A stretch of 64,000 bases of DNA from Nemertoderma westbladi (lineage: Eukaryota; Animalia; Xenacoelomorpha), in the NCBI GenBank assembly GCA_032718475.1, contig JAUCBJ010004774.1, positions 26,556-90,555 on the forward strand, written 5' to 3'. The stretch's first letter is position 1. Each line of letters begins with the position of its first letter. The translations under genes and the position numbers were made by a program. This document shows positions 32,632 to 45,187 of this stretch, in pieces. The notes beneath the pieces are model-generated. The model ran no database searches and was not told the DNA's origin. It saw nothing but the letters and a program-made list of their open reading frames with translations.

Positions 32632-33434
32632 ATGGCGCAGTAGTTCATACTAACAAAATTTCGGACGCTGATGACCCCCTCCCAATATCCTATTGGACCC
32701 CAGACCAACCGGGAATCTATCAATACGAGATTTTGATAGAAGACAGCTTCTACCCGGAGCAACCACTACCTATAACAACATCGTCACCGGAACAATTCAC
32801 AGTGAAACGAATATTCGTGGACCCTCCTCAAGGCGTTACTATAACAACCGATGGGGGCGACACAAACGCTCCTGTTGCTATTGTTGTTACCATAGCAGGA
32901 GATTCAGCCGCGAATTGTCAGTTAACAATAAATCAGTTAAGCAACCCAATTCCAACCACTTTATCGGGTGCGTTGCACTCAGCAGCTGTCGTCCCTCCTG
33001 TTAATGATAACGATGGATTTGTTATTAGAACAATAACATTCGATCACACGTTTAATACTGCCGATGAATACACCGCTATAATAGAGTGCCCTCCAGGTTC
33101 CGGAAGTATAACAAGCAATACCGTGTTTGTGGTTGATACTATTCCAGATGTAAGATTCACGCAATCTACTAATGTTATTAAGTTAGGAGAGAATATTCGC
33201 ATAGATTGGACTCCCGTTGATCCGAATATAAGTTACGAGTTGCTGTTTGACGGTATAAAGGTTGGTTACAGTGCCGGTGGAACATCGATGTTCTATGAAG
33301 TTGTTTACGGGGAGACCTACACATGCGCCGGTAGCTACGAGCTGGTACTGACAGCCCAAACAATTAGTGGGGGCATGGTTACTGAAGTTGCTAATGTTAT
33401 TGCACAGCAGGAAATAGCTGGAGTTTCTATCAAG
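32632..33434 (+). CDS. PKD1-like exon (PKD/Ig-like beta repeats)
   Basis: TTTTATTCCAG acceptor; beta-rich sequence with FDHTFNTADEYTA and YTCAGSYELVLTA PKD-like motifs; GTGAGT donor. Confidence 0.75.
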
Positions 33435-33634
33435 GTGAGTACTAGTAGTTGTCTATTTTACCACTACAACTAGATCGAGCGAGCTTGGGAAGTGGAAATC
33501 CGGGGTTCACGATTCCCCATAGTTGTCGCTTTCTCAAGTTAATCTATACTGTAATGTATATGTTATAGCCGGTCGTCCACGGCTAAGCTTTCCTTGTTTT
33601 TGTTGCCAGAAAAGCAGATCTGTTTTTTTTCCAG

Positions 33635-33779
33635 ATTTCCGAAGATACACAATGCAGCCCACAAGAGGATCACAGCATAAAGATGAATGTGTATGTGAAC
33701 ACACCAATCTTCGCAGTTATTTGCAATTTGCCGGATGGAGTGGAAGTCTTTGTAGAGATTGATTATAATAAACCTGGAG
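33635..33779 (+). CDS. PKD1-like exon with GC donor
   Basis: T-rich CCAG acceptor; ISEDTQCSPQ..EIDYNKPG; AG|GCAAGT donor gives the phase needed by the next exon. Confidence 0.65.
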
Positions 33780-33895
33780 GCAAGTATAAAGCCCTATTAC
33801 AATGTTTACCAGACATTATCATCAATCAAGTTGTAGTTTGAAAATATTATCTGTGACTGTATCCTTTAGAAACCGGCGACGTTTAAAACTATAGA

Positions 33896-34060
33896 CATGC
33901 TGCATTGCAGCTGCATTTATATATTACATATATATTAGGAATGCTGTGCCGGCTTGCCAACACAATTGCGCCGCCACAACATAATATTTGCTAGATCATC
34001 CGCATATTCAAGGCCAGTGTCCTTTAAGAGGCGTCTCAATAACGTCACGAGCTGTCCAGT
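33896..34060 (-). mobile_element. 3' fragment of the same RTE family as 29356-32190
   Basis: Shares CATGCTGCATTGCAGCTGCATTT and ATTTGCTAGATCATCCGCAT..AAGGCCAGTGTCCTTTAAG with 29356-29490. Confidence 0.75.
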
Positions 34061-34137
34061 ATAAGTGCATAAATCAATCATCTTATCTAATCAGACATTT
34101 TGCATAAAATTAAAAACTGTTTTCTTTTTTTTTGCAG

Positions 34138-34392
34138 AGGAGAGTGAATGGCGACGATACCCAGAATCTCCCAACCAGATCGTAATAGAAGGAAGTTACC
34201 CTGTACCCAGCGAGCAGAGCAACCCAGACAACCCAGCCGAAACGATAGACGTAGGGTACAAGGTCACTGTCAATGTGGTCAACTATGTTACAGCGTCGTT
34301 AGTGGCTTCGAGAGAGGTGTTCGTCGAGTTACCGTGCGATGTGAGTTGTCCGCCTACCCGTAGCGGCTTTCTCTACGTCACAGAGATTTCCG
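34138..34392 (+). CDS. PKD1-like exon
   Basis: Poly-T GCAG acceptor; GYKVTVNVVNYVT..VFVELPC; GTATTA donor. Confidence 0.7.
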
Positions 34393-34491
34393 GTATTATA
34401 TTTAACTTTAGTTACAAATATAATTTTTTAGTCACTGCTTTTTACTTCCGGTGAAATTCAATTTTATTAAGACTATTTTCAATTCTTCTGA

Positions 34492-34638
34492 AGTGCACAG
34501 CTCTCTTGTGCACAGCACTCTTGTGCACAGCACTCTTGTGCACAGCACTCTTGTGCTCAGCACTCTTGTGCACAACACTCTTGTGCACAGCACCTTGTGC
34601 ACAGCACTCTTGTTGACAGCAATCTTGTGCACAGCACT
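34492..34638. repeat. 15-bp minisatellite
   Basis: (GTGCACAGCACTCTT)n, about 9-10 copies. Confidence 0.9.
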
Positions 34639-34911
34639 ATTTATTAACTTGTGTGAACTTAACTGGATTAACTGTGTAGACCAATACATTCCGCTATATA
34701 TTCCGCGAGTGAAATAAAGTTTCGTTTATTTTTTGGGTTCGAAATCAGAGCCGCTGTAACGTGCCCATTTCCCTTACTGTTTTACAAAATACATTTTTCG
34801 ACTTACTGAATACATAGTTGGTGTTTGGCATAATTTTGCGCCATTGACTATTAATTAACTATAACTACAGAATATAAAACTCATTATCAATATTTATTGT
34901 TTAGTATCCAG

Positions 34912-35027
34912 ATATAACAATACGTGGTATAGGTAAACAGCAGGATCAGCCGCGAGTTATATTCAATTCGCAGGAATTGGATTTGTCCGCACTCGTTATA
35001 ATCCAATGCAACCGAATAAAAAACCCG
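34912..35027 (+). CDS. PKD1-like exon (REJ start)
   Basis: DITIRGIGKQQDQPRVIFNSQELDLSALVIIQC; GTAAGT donor. Confidence 0.7.
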
Positions 35028-35032
35028 GTAAG

Positions 35033-35580
35033 TGATAATTATGTGCTAAACTTGGTGATAATTCTGTGATAAATTTTGTGATAATTCTGTGATAAATTTT
35101 GTGATACTTCTGTGATAAATTTTGTGATAATTCTGTGATAAATTTTGTGATACTTCTGTGATAAATTTTGTGATAATTCTATGATAAATTTTGTGATATA
35201 TCTGTACTAAATTTGGTGATAATTCTGTGACAAATTTTGTGATAATTCTGTGATAAATTTTGTGATACTGTAATTCTGTGATAAATTTTGTGATAATTCT
35301 GTGATAAATTTTGTGATAATTCTGTGATAAATTTTGTGATAATTCTATGATAAATTTTGTGATACTGTAATTCTGTGATAAATTTTGTGATAATTCTGTG
35401 ATAAATTTTGTGATAATTCTGTGATAAATTTTGTGATACTGTATGTAATTCTGTGATAAATTTTGTGATAATTCTGTGATAAATTTTGTTATAATTCTGT
35501 GATAAATTTTGTGATACTGTAATTCTGTGATAAATTTTGTGATACTGTAATTCTGTGATAAATTTTGTGATAATTCTGTG
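35033..35580. repeat. 23-bp (11+12) minisatellite
   Basis: (GTGATAATTCTGTGATAAATTTT)n, starting right after the donor at 35028. Confidence 0.95.
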
Positions 35581-36063
35581 GCAGTAAAAGTAAATAATAT
35601 ATTATTTATTTCAAATAACATTTTACATTATTCGATTTACATTTCACTTTTAGACATATTATTTACTCGTTTACATTAAAACTTACAATTATATTTATTT
35701 ATTTATTTTATTACATATTTATAGAATTAAATGTCTATTTACTTACTAATTGAACCAATTTGTTTTCTGTTTGTGTTTTCCAATACTTACAGTAATTTGT
35801 TGATCGACCAAATTATCTTCAAACGTCAATTTAACGCAAAATTACAATTGACAATTGACTCCTCTGTTTGAAACATTAAGGTTATTTATAAATTAACGGA
35901 AAGGAGCAAGTTTCAGTGCTTTTTATTTTACCCAAAACCGTAAATAAGAGTCAATACCACAGGCTACAGTTATAATTTTGTGATTAATCAGCTGTTTTTG
36001 CGTCGATTTTCCCCTGGAAAGCACTAAAACGTTACAGTCGTCTTCAATTGATTGTTCTCATAG

Positions 36064-36271
36064 AATTTCCGAGGAAGTGCGTATAACTGGCGTATTTGGG
36101 ATCTTGAGTCTGGTGATATCGTATTAGACAGATACGATTTACCGCCTTCCACCATCTTACCACCTCGCACACTAATGCCTGGACTCTATCGTGTGTGTCT
36201 ACAGGTGTCGCTACTGCCTGTCGAATTCTTTCTAGGGATGACTACTAGTGATTGCATGTACGCCCAAGTTG
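36064..36271 (+). CDS. PKD1-like exon (REJ)
   Basis: YNWRIW..ILPPRTLMPGLYRVCLQVS; AG/GT boundaries. Confidence 0.8.
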
Positions 36272-36731
36272 GTAGGTAACCCTATTTATTTGGTAGAGAT
36301 TGAAGGCATTGATTGCATTGAGTTCATTGAACTTGCGCAATACAATATAATGGCTCTTTGTTACGAGTTTTTACTTTTATTCCGATAGGAGATTTAATAT
36401 TCAACTCTATTACCAAACCTAAACGCAACACAACTAATTTGAACATTAGTCTTGTAACGTCTTGTACATTAATACAAATAAAATTAAGGCGACGAGCTTT
36501 CTACCTGTTACCAAAACAATAAACGATATTGTTACTATTGCGGGAGAGTAACAGGTTAAAGAGGCGGGCATTCTAGCCCAAACTGTTATATCTTTGCTAA
36601 CCTCTCTACGCTGGGTATATGAGTATTTTTATTCAGTTTAATAAGCTATTATATTGGAATAGTTTATTAATTAAGCTTTTCTTATTTGTTTTTTTTATTC
36701 CAAAAATTACGACATTAGTTATTTTTTATAG

Positions 36732-36931
36732 AACTCCCACCTCTGGAAGCTTTCATAGTTGGAGGTTTAACAATAACTATAGCGCCAACCAATCCGACTG
36801 TCTTACTGGATGGGTTGACACAATCCCAGGATTCCTCTACAATCTCTAAGAACCATCTACTGTTTACATGGAGTTGTCTTTGGATCAATAGATCCCCGAA
36901 TGTTTGCAAAATTAACGATATAAGATCATTA
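36732..36931 (+). CDS. PKD1-like exon (REJ)
   Basis: PLEAFIVGG..VLLDGLTQSQD..LLFTWSC; GTGAGT donor. Confidence 0.8.
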
Positions 36932-37077
36932 GTGAGTCATCTCAATTCCTATAACTACAACTAACAGTTCTCAACATTCATTTAAATTTTACAATAAGCT
37001 GCTTAAATACAACCATATAGCATATAGTGACAGGACAATTGTCCCTCGGCAATTATTATTGTCCTCAAGATTATTTC

Positions 37078-37665
37078 CTCCCAATTACACTTATATCCCC
37101 CCCCCCTCAATGACACTTATATTTCCCCCCAATGACTCGTATATTCCCCCCCTATGACACTTATATTTCCCCCAATGACACTTATATTTCCCCCCAATGA
37201 CACTTATATTTCCCCCCGCCCCAAAGACTCTTATATTTCCCCCTATGACACTTATATTTCCCCCCAATTGCACTTATATTTCCCTCTAATTACACTTATA
37301 TTTCCCCCAATGACACTTATATTTCCCCCACAATGACACTTATATTTCCCACCCCACCAATGACACTTATATTTCCCCCCAATTACACTTATAGTTTCCC
37401 CCAATTACACTTATATTTCCCCCTAATTTCACTTATATTTCCCCCAATGACACTTATATTTCCCCCAATTTCACTTATATTTCCCCCCGCCCCAAAGACT
37501 CTTATATTTCCCCCTATGACACTTATATTTCCCCCTATGACACTTATATTTCCCCCCAATTGCACTTATATTTCACCCTAATTACACTCATATTTCCCCC
37601 CAATGACACTTATATTTCCCCCCAATGACACTTATATTCCCCCCCCCCCCAATGACACGTATATT
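37078..37665. repeat. Minisatellite of about 21-22 bp, left arm
   Basis: (AATGACACTTATATTTCCCCC)n. Confidence 0.95.
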
Positions 37666-40600
37666 ACGTGCGGCAACTCCTACGCTTGTAGGAGTTGCGA
37701 CCACAAGCGGTTTACTCTCGCAACTGAAAGATATGAGCATGAGAACCCTCCAGGAGAAATACCGGCACGGTCGTCGCCCGGGTCAACAAGGATGCATCCC
37801 TCAGTGGTACACCAGGCTGGGGTCGATAAATCGGCTACTATAACCGAAGACAGAAGAAAGAAGAACTAACCTGTTGAAATGTAAAAAGACACTAAAGATT
37901 GCTATAATGAACGCACGCACGCTGAAAGCACATAGCAAACAGGGTGACATGGTCGCTCTGGCAATGGAATATAACATCGACATCATCTGCATCAAAGAAC
38001 CTCGGATTTGTCAAGAAGACACTCCCATGAAGTACAATGACATTGGAAATGGATGGACGTTAGTAACAAGCTCAGCAGTAAGAAACTTGGCCAATGCATC
38101 AATTGCAGGAGTAGGAATTCTGCTAAGTCCATTTGCACTTAAGACCCTAAACAACATCGAATCTATAAATTCCAGGGTTATTATAGCAACATTTGAGGGT
38201 AATCCCAAGACAACAGTAATATGTTGCTACAGTCCAACCAATGCCTCAGAGCCAGAACAATCAGTCAAGTTTTATGAAGATATGATTGGACTTATAAAGG
38301 ACATTCCGAAACACAATGTTAAAGTCATTGCTGGTGACCTGAATGCTCAATGCTCAAACATATAACACCAGTTCTAATAGAAATGGGTACTTACTTTTAG
38401 ACCTAATGGAAGAATGTGAATTGATACCAACAAACACCACATTCGAAAAGAGTAAGGGGAAGCTATGGACCATTCAATACCCTAATGGAACCAAAGCACA
38501 ACTGGATTACATCCTTATAAACAAAAAGTGGAGAAACAGCATGATCAACTGCGAGGCATACAGCTCGTTCAACCTAATTGGTTCGGACCACAGAATTGTG
38601 ACTGCAGAGATCAGACTCAGTTTGAGAGCCAGCAAACCCAGGACAAGCAAGCAAATCAACTATGACTGGGAGAAACTCAGAACTGACAATGCAGTAAAGG
38701 ATGCTTACACAGTAGAAGTTCAAAACCGCTTTGAAGCACTCCAGTCAATGGATGAAGACCAATCCACCGATTCAATATACCAGAATATAATAAAAGCCCA
38801 CAAGGAATCAGCTAAGAGGCATATCCCCCAGAAACCCAAACGAAAAAAGTATGTGCCATGGCAAAACTCTGAGGTTACTTGTAAGAGAGAAGATCTTAAG
38901 ATAGCCTACAAAGTTAAAACCGAACAACCAACAACCTAAAACATTAACAAGGTTGAGAAAGCTAAGGACGATCTTAAATTAGCCTACAACATCAGCCAGG
39001 AAAAGTACATACAGGATTAAACTGAAGCAATTACAACTGCTCACATACAGCAACAATCAAGACTTACCTGGCAAACTGTAAATGAGGTATCTGGTCGGAA
39101 AAGTTGTGCAAAGGGGCGCCTCAAAGCCGATAGTCCAGAAGAACTTGTGGGAAGTGAAAAAATCACTTCAGCAACTTGCTTGGGCAGCCACCAAACATCG
39201 AGGTCAGCCCTACAAGGAAAATATATGACAAGACACTACCTATAGAAACAGGGGACTTCACACCTGCCGAACTCCAAAGAAGCATTAAAAGCATGTCCAA
39301 TAATAAAGCGAGTGGATTAGATGAAATTCCAGCGGAGGTATGGAAAGGAGGAGTGCTAAACAGACCATTATTTGAATGTTTGCAACCGGATGTTAAAAGG
39401 GGAAAAGCCTCCACCAATTTGGACTAAAGGTCAACTAAAGTCTCTCCCCAAGAAAGGAGACCTCGGTATACCAACAAACTATAGTGGGATCTGTCTGCTT
39501 GTGGTAGCTGCCAAAATAAACAATAAAATGATTCTATATAGGATTAGGCCTCACATAGAGAAACTACTGCGTAAGAGCCAAAACGGATTTCGACCAAGTA
39601 GATCAACAATAGCTCAGATACTTGCACTGCGGAGACTGATTGAAGGAATTAAGTCAAAGAATCTCCCCGCAGTCTTGACTTTTGTGGACTTCAAGAAGGC
39701 TTTCGACTCCATCCATAGAGGTAAAATGCTTGAAATCCTAAGAGCTTATGGAAACCAGAAGTAATCGTTGCTGGCATTGGATTGTTATATTGTGACACAG
39801 AAGCACAGGTACTCTCACCAGATGGTGAAACTGAGTTTTTCTCAATCCTGGCTGGCGTACTGCAAGGTGACACATTTGCACCATTACTATTTGTATTTGT
39901 ACTGGATTACGCAATGAGGACGGTCACAAAGGGTGAAGATCTGGGATTCACACTTCAAGAACGCAGAAGTAGTAGATATCTGGCAACTACAGTCACAGAC
40001 ACCGACTTCGCGGATGACATCGCCCTTCTCTCTAATACGCTAGCAGATGCACAGCTTCTACTAAATAAAGTGGAGAGGGCTGCTAAGGAGGTTGGATTGC
40101 ATATAAATGCTACCAAGACCGAATTCATGACCTTTAATGTTGATGGAAAATTGACAACCATTGATAATAATCAACTAAGGAAGGGTGACGACTTCCAGTA
40201 CCTTGGATCATGGATAGAGAGTAGCAAAAAGGACATAGAAGTTAGGAAAGCAAAGGCTTGGGTATGGGTAGCTCTATCAAAAATGGATACCATCTGGAAA
40301 TCAGATCTCCCCAGGCACCCGAAGACTAAGTTCTTACGAGCCACAGTGGAAAGTGTATTTTTATACGGGGGTGAGACCTGGACACTGACTAAATCACTTG
40401 AACAACGAATTGATGGTTGCTACACAAGACTACTAAGGGCAGCCTTAAACATCAGCTGGAGACAACACATGACAAATGCCGAGCTTTATGGTACAATACC
40501 ACCTGTATCAACCACCCTCCTTGAACGCAGATTAAGATTCAGTGGGCACTGCTGGCGAAGTAAAGACGAGGGCATACCAGATCTAATTTTCTGGCAACCA

Positions 40601-40770
40601 ACTCATGGAAAGCGTAGCCATACTGGACGACCGGCCATAACATATATAGATCAACTTGAAAGGGATACTGAACTTGGGAGATTCGAAATTGCGACAACTA
40701 TGGAGAATCGGGAAGCCTGGAAGGATCTCATTTAAACTGTCCGAGGTCGCTCGACTTAGTAGTAGTAGTA
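37666..40770 (+). mobile_element. Near full-length RTE LINE inserted in a minisatellite, disrupted by frameshifts and stops
   Basis: APE (MNARTL, CYSPT, GDLNA, SDH) and RT (QNGFR, DFKKAFDS, GVLQGD, DFADD); (AGT)n tail; TSD GACACGTATATT at 37654-37665 and 40771-40782. Confidence 0.92.
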
Positions 40771-40782
40771 GACACGTATATT

Positions 40783-41450
40783 TATTTCCCCCCAATGTCA
40801 CTTATATCCCCCCCACCCCAATGACACTTATATTTCCCCCTAATTACACTTATATTTTCCCCCAATGACACTTATATTTCCCCCTATGAGACTTATATTT
40901 CCCCCCGCCTCAAAGACACTTATAATTCCCCCAATGACACTTATATTTCCCCCCAATTACGCTTATATTTCCCCCTAATTACACTTATATTTCCCCCCAA
41001 TGACACTTATATTTCCCCCAATGACACTTATATTTCCCCCCAATGACACTTATATTTTCCCCTAATTACACTTATATTCCCCCCAATGACACTTATATTT
41101 CCCCCCAATGACACTTATATTTCCCCCCAATTACGTTTATATTACCCCTAATTACACTTATATTTCCCCCCAATGACACTTATATTTCCCCCCAATGACA
41201 CTTATATTTCCCCCCAATGACAGTTATATTTCCCCCTAATTACACTTATATTCCCCCCCAAATGACACTTATATTTCCCCCCAATGACAGTTATATTTCC
41301 CCCTAATTACACTTATATTCCCCCCCAAATGACACTTATATTTCCCCCCAATGACACTTAAATTTCCCCCCAATGACACTTATATTCCCCCCCAATGACA
41401 CTTATATTCCCCCCCCCCCCCCCAATGACACTTATATCCCCCCCCCCCCG
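40783..41450. repeat. Minisatellite of about 21-22 bp, right arm
   Basis: Same unit as 37078-37665. Confidence 0.95.
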
Positions 41451-41748
41451 ATACAAAGTAGACTCGCAATATAATCGTGACACCACAAAATTACGGTCAT
41501 TTTGTGAAACAATTTATTAGAAATGATAAAGTTATGGCGTGTCTCATGATTTTGTTAAGTTTTTGCCAACTTTAGTGTTTTTTACCTCATATGATGATAT
41601 AATGCATATGTGCATAATAATATTACACATTTTTTCCATAATAATATTCCACATTTTTTCCATAATAATATTACACATAGTAATTGTTTGTGTTAATTTT
41701 GAATGATTTTTCATGGTTGAAGAGTAAAATCCACAAATAGTTACTGCA

Positions 41749-42881
41749 TGTAAAGGCTTTTGCGGAATTAGCCGGTTATTTTCCCCGTAAAGTACTCTGT
41801 AGTTGGTTTAACAGGCATAAAAGGCCGTGTCCTTACTGTACTGGTGTTTTAGAGGACATAAAAGCCATTTCTTCTGTATGTGTACTTTAGCGGACATAAT
41901 TAGCAATTCTATGACGCAATACGCCGGATCCTCTTGAAACAGTGTAGCTACCATGACGACGGCTAACAGCTGATGCTGTACACGTGGAGCTTTTTCTTTG
42001 TTCTCTGTTCCTTCTTTGTTCGGTCGACCAATCAGAGCGTTTTTTGCCTCTGCGTTAGAGATTGTATACGGAAACTCGTGGAGTTGAGTCAGTATGTGAA
42101 TTTGTCCACAGCCTAGAACACCGGCTTTGGAACCGTCTTTAGCCCAACATTAGTAGGCTTAATTATAGAACGTATATCTGTTATCAAACTGATCATAACA
42201 TAACTTAACTTAAACTTTGTACTGCTATTTACTGTCGGTTATTCATTATATTTGTTGATGGAATATTATATTTGGAATACTGATAAATAATCAGACACCC
42301 CAATCTTCTTGATATACTAAAGGTTAGAGAGACCGGTTACATATAACGATTGCGACTTACATTAAGTGGTTTGAAGTGAATCTAATGCTATTTCATAGGC
42401 CCTACATGTATTGTCTGTTGTTCTCTTTATATGTGACTAAAATTAGTGAAGGTCGGCAGATTAGTGTGCAGCATTGTGCAGTATTGTGTATGATTGTGAC
42501 TGATAACAAAGCATATCCTAAAGAATGCGCCATATACGTGAATCTATAGCCATCCCGTTGTGTTTAGTTTAAGTCATAACTCTGTTTACATATTTAGAGC
42601 GCCACGTCCTAAAGGAACTGTTAATATTTCCCGAAAGTGAATAATATTTGTCAGAGATTATATATTACGATCAGTCGAATAATACAGTAGGCCTACCCCG
42701 CAATACGGTTAGGCTTCCGAATCCAGTCTCCCGGGTATATCCAACGGGTGAATGATCGCGCATAGACTGGCTTCGGCTAATGTAGTGTATCAAATACTTG
42801 TCATAGGCTAAAGACGATCTATCATCTAAAAGACATCCCAATTTGGCAGGTTAAACTGCTAAAGGTCTGAAAGCGCAAACA
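41749..42881 (+). repeat. 5' LTR of element 2
   Basis: Direct repeat of 54725-55868, with about 8 substitutions and one 11-bp indel by eye. Confidence 0.95.
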
Positions 42882-45187
42882 ATAACAGATATAGCTTCTG
42901 TATTGCAGTAGGCAATAACGCTGAAGTACTGGACAACCGGTACCTAGTAGGCCTGACTACCTAACCACCCGGACCGGTACCTACAGCAGTACAGGTACAG
43001 CAGTATTATTCGATTTGATAATTATATACCGGTAGGCCTTAATATTGAATCAGGGAGGGCCCGCCCTGGTTTTTTATTGAGATTTTACTTATTTCTGTCA
43101 AGTTGTATTTATTTGTAGGTCAATATTGAGCAGAAGGCGTGTAAGCCTGCTCAGATTGTACAGATAATTTGTAGGCTGGACTGTTGTCTAACTGTTGTTA
43201 AGTCTGAAGGGACTGTAGTGTGTGTAGAGCGTATGTCCGAAAAAGTACTAGTTAGGAAAGTAGGGGCTGCCAGTGCTGTGAGGTGAACCCCCTCGAAATA
43301 ATAAGTCGTACTACTCGGTTAGAACGCATACTAACTAACCATTTCGGAGTCTGCATATACTGTAGTTTGTTTAGGCTTGATAGTAGTCTGCCAGCGTTTG
43401 GTCTGTACTTTGTTTGTGTAGTTTGTACGGGTAGCGTAATATTTCTTACTTAGATAATTTGTAGGCTGGATTTTGTCTGGCTGTTGTTAGGTCTGAAGAG
43501 ATTTCGGTGTGTGTAGAGTGTATGTCCGATAAAGTGCCAGTTGGGAACGTAGGGGCTTCCAGAGCTGTGAGGTAAACCCCCTCGAAAGAATAAGTCGTAC
43601 TACTCGGTTAGAACGCATACTAACTAACCATTTCGGAGTCTGCATATACCGTAGTTTGTTTAGGCTTGATAGTAGTCTGTCAGTATTTGGTCTGCATTTT
43701 GTTTGAGTAGTCTGTATGCGTAGCGTAATATTTATTATTCAGAGTTTATGCGATTATTCGCAACATTCATACCCCTAAGTTTATTCCTACAGTAATTGTG
43801 CTTGTTATATATACCGTTATAGTTAAACTAACCCCGGTACTACATCAGGGCTGCTTGGCGTAGGTAAAGACTGGTGATTTTGTGCCCCGGTCACTCCAGC
43901 AGATACCGTGGTTCTTTTAGCTGTTCAAGTATTTTTAACTACTGATTATTTGTTGTATAATTACTTGTACCTAATTTAGGGTTTAGTGTACAGTACTTTC
44001 CGAAGGTGATTAGTGTGTAGGCAGTATATTTGTGTTGTAAAGTGGTTAATAGGCACGTTGGTTCTGGTAGACCGCGGTAATTAACTTCTAGGTAGGAACA
44101 CTCCGTGATACATAACGTAGTACTTATAGCGATACGGCTATAAGTCGTCAGACGGTGGTATTTTCCTATCTGGACAACGCAGTATATTTACTACTACTTA
44201 TTATTTTCAAATACAGTAGTACCCTGTCCTTGTAATAACCAGATTTTCTAACCCTTTGTTAGGCTGGTTTGTAGATTCCCTGTAAAATTACCCTAAAAAT
44301 TCGTATTTGTAATTTTTGTGTTTATTTAGAGATTGTAATCTCACCCGAATTGTACGTAATTTGTAGTATTAAGTAACTTAGGTAAATTAGAATTATTTGT
44401 TTTAGTGTCCAACAAGTAGCACTTCACTGAGAGTGCACAGCTTCTGTGTAGTGACTCCCCCCAGAAATAATAACATTTATTTCAAATATTGACAAAAACC
44501 CATTTTAACGGGTATATATATTATAAATCAACTCAAACGATTTATAAATAGTAGGCCTGCCATACATCAATTAGGTCTAAATATCAGTTGGACTACTGCT
44601 CAAATAACGGTAATAAAGTAAGTAAAGTAACCAAGTAACCCCTAAAAATTCAGAAATTCAATTATTTAAAATAATTGACATACCGGTATTTACCCTAGGT
44701 TTATTATATTTATTTCTATAAATTTTAGGCTGAAATTATACTGGTATTCTGTAATTAATTCTAGTCTGTAATTATACTTATATATATACATTATAAGTGT
44801 AAGCTGTATACCGGTATTCACGATAGGCCTATTATATATTTATAAATTTAGGCTGAAATTATACCGGTATTCTGTAATTAATTCTAGTTAATAATTATAC
44901 TTATATATACTATAAGTGTAAACTGCATACCGGTATCCACGATAGGCCTATTATATATTTATATATATTTGTGCTGGAATTATATACCGGTATTCTGTGA
45001 CAAACCTAGTCTGTAATAATACTTATATATATACTATAAGCATACCGGTATTCTAATATATTATATATATATCACGCTACACTGAGTAGCAGTATCGGTA
45101 ATTAATTACTAGGCTAACCGTGATACTGAATTTCTAGATTTGCTTTAACTGTAATATAGCAGTAGGCATTCAACTGTGCAAACAAAT

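Noticed and set aside
35046-35621. 191-aa repetitive ORF (also the ORFs at 34432-34717 and 37091-37581)
   Set aside because: Translations of intronic minisatellites.
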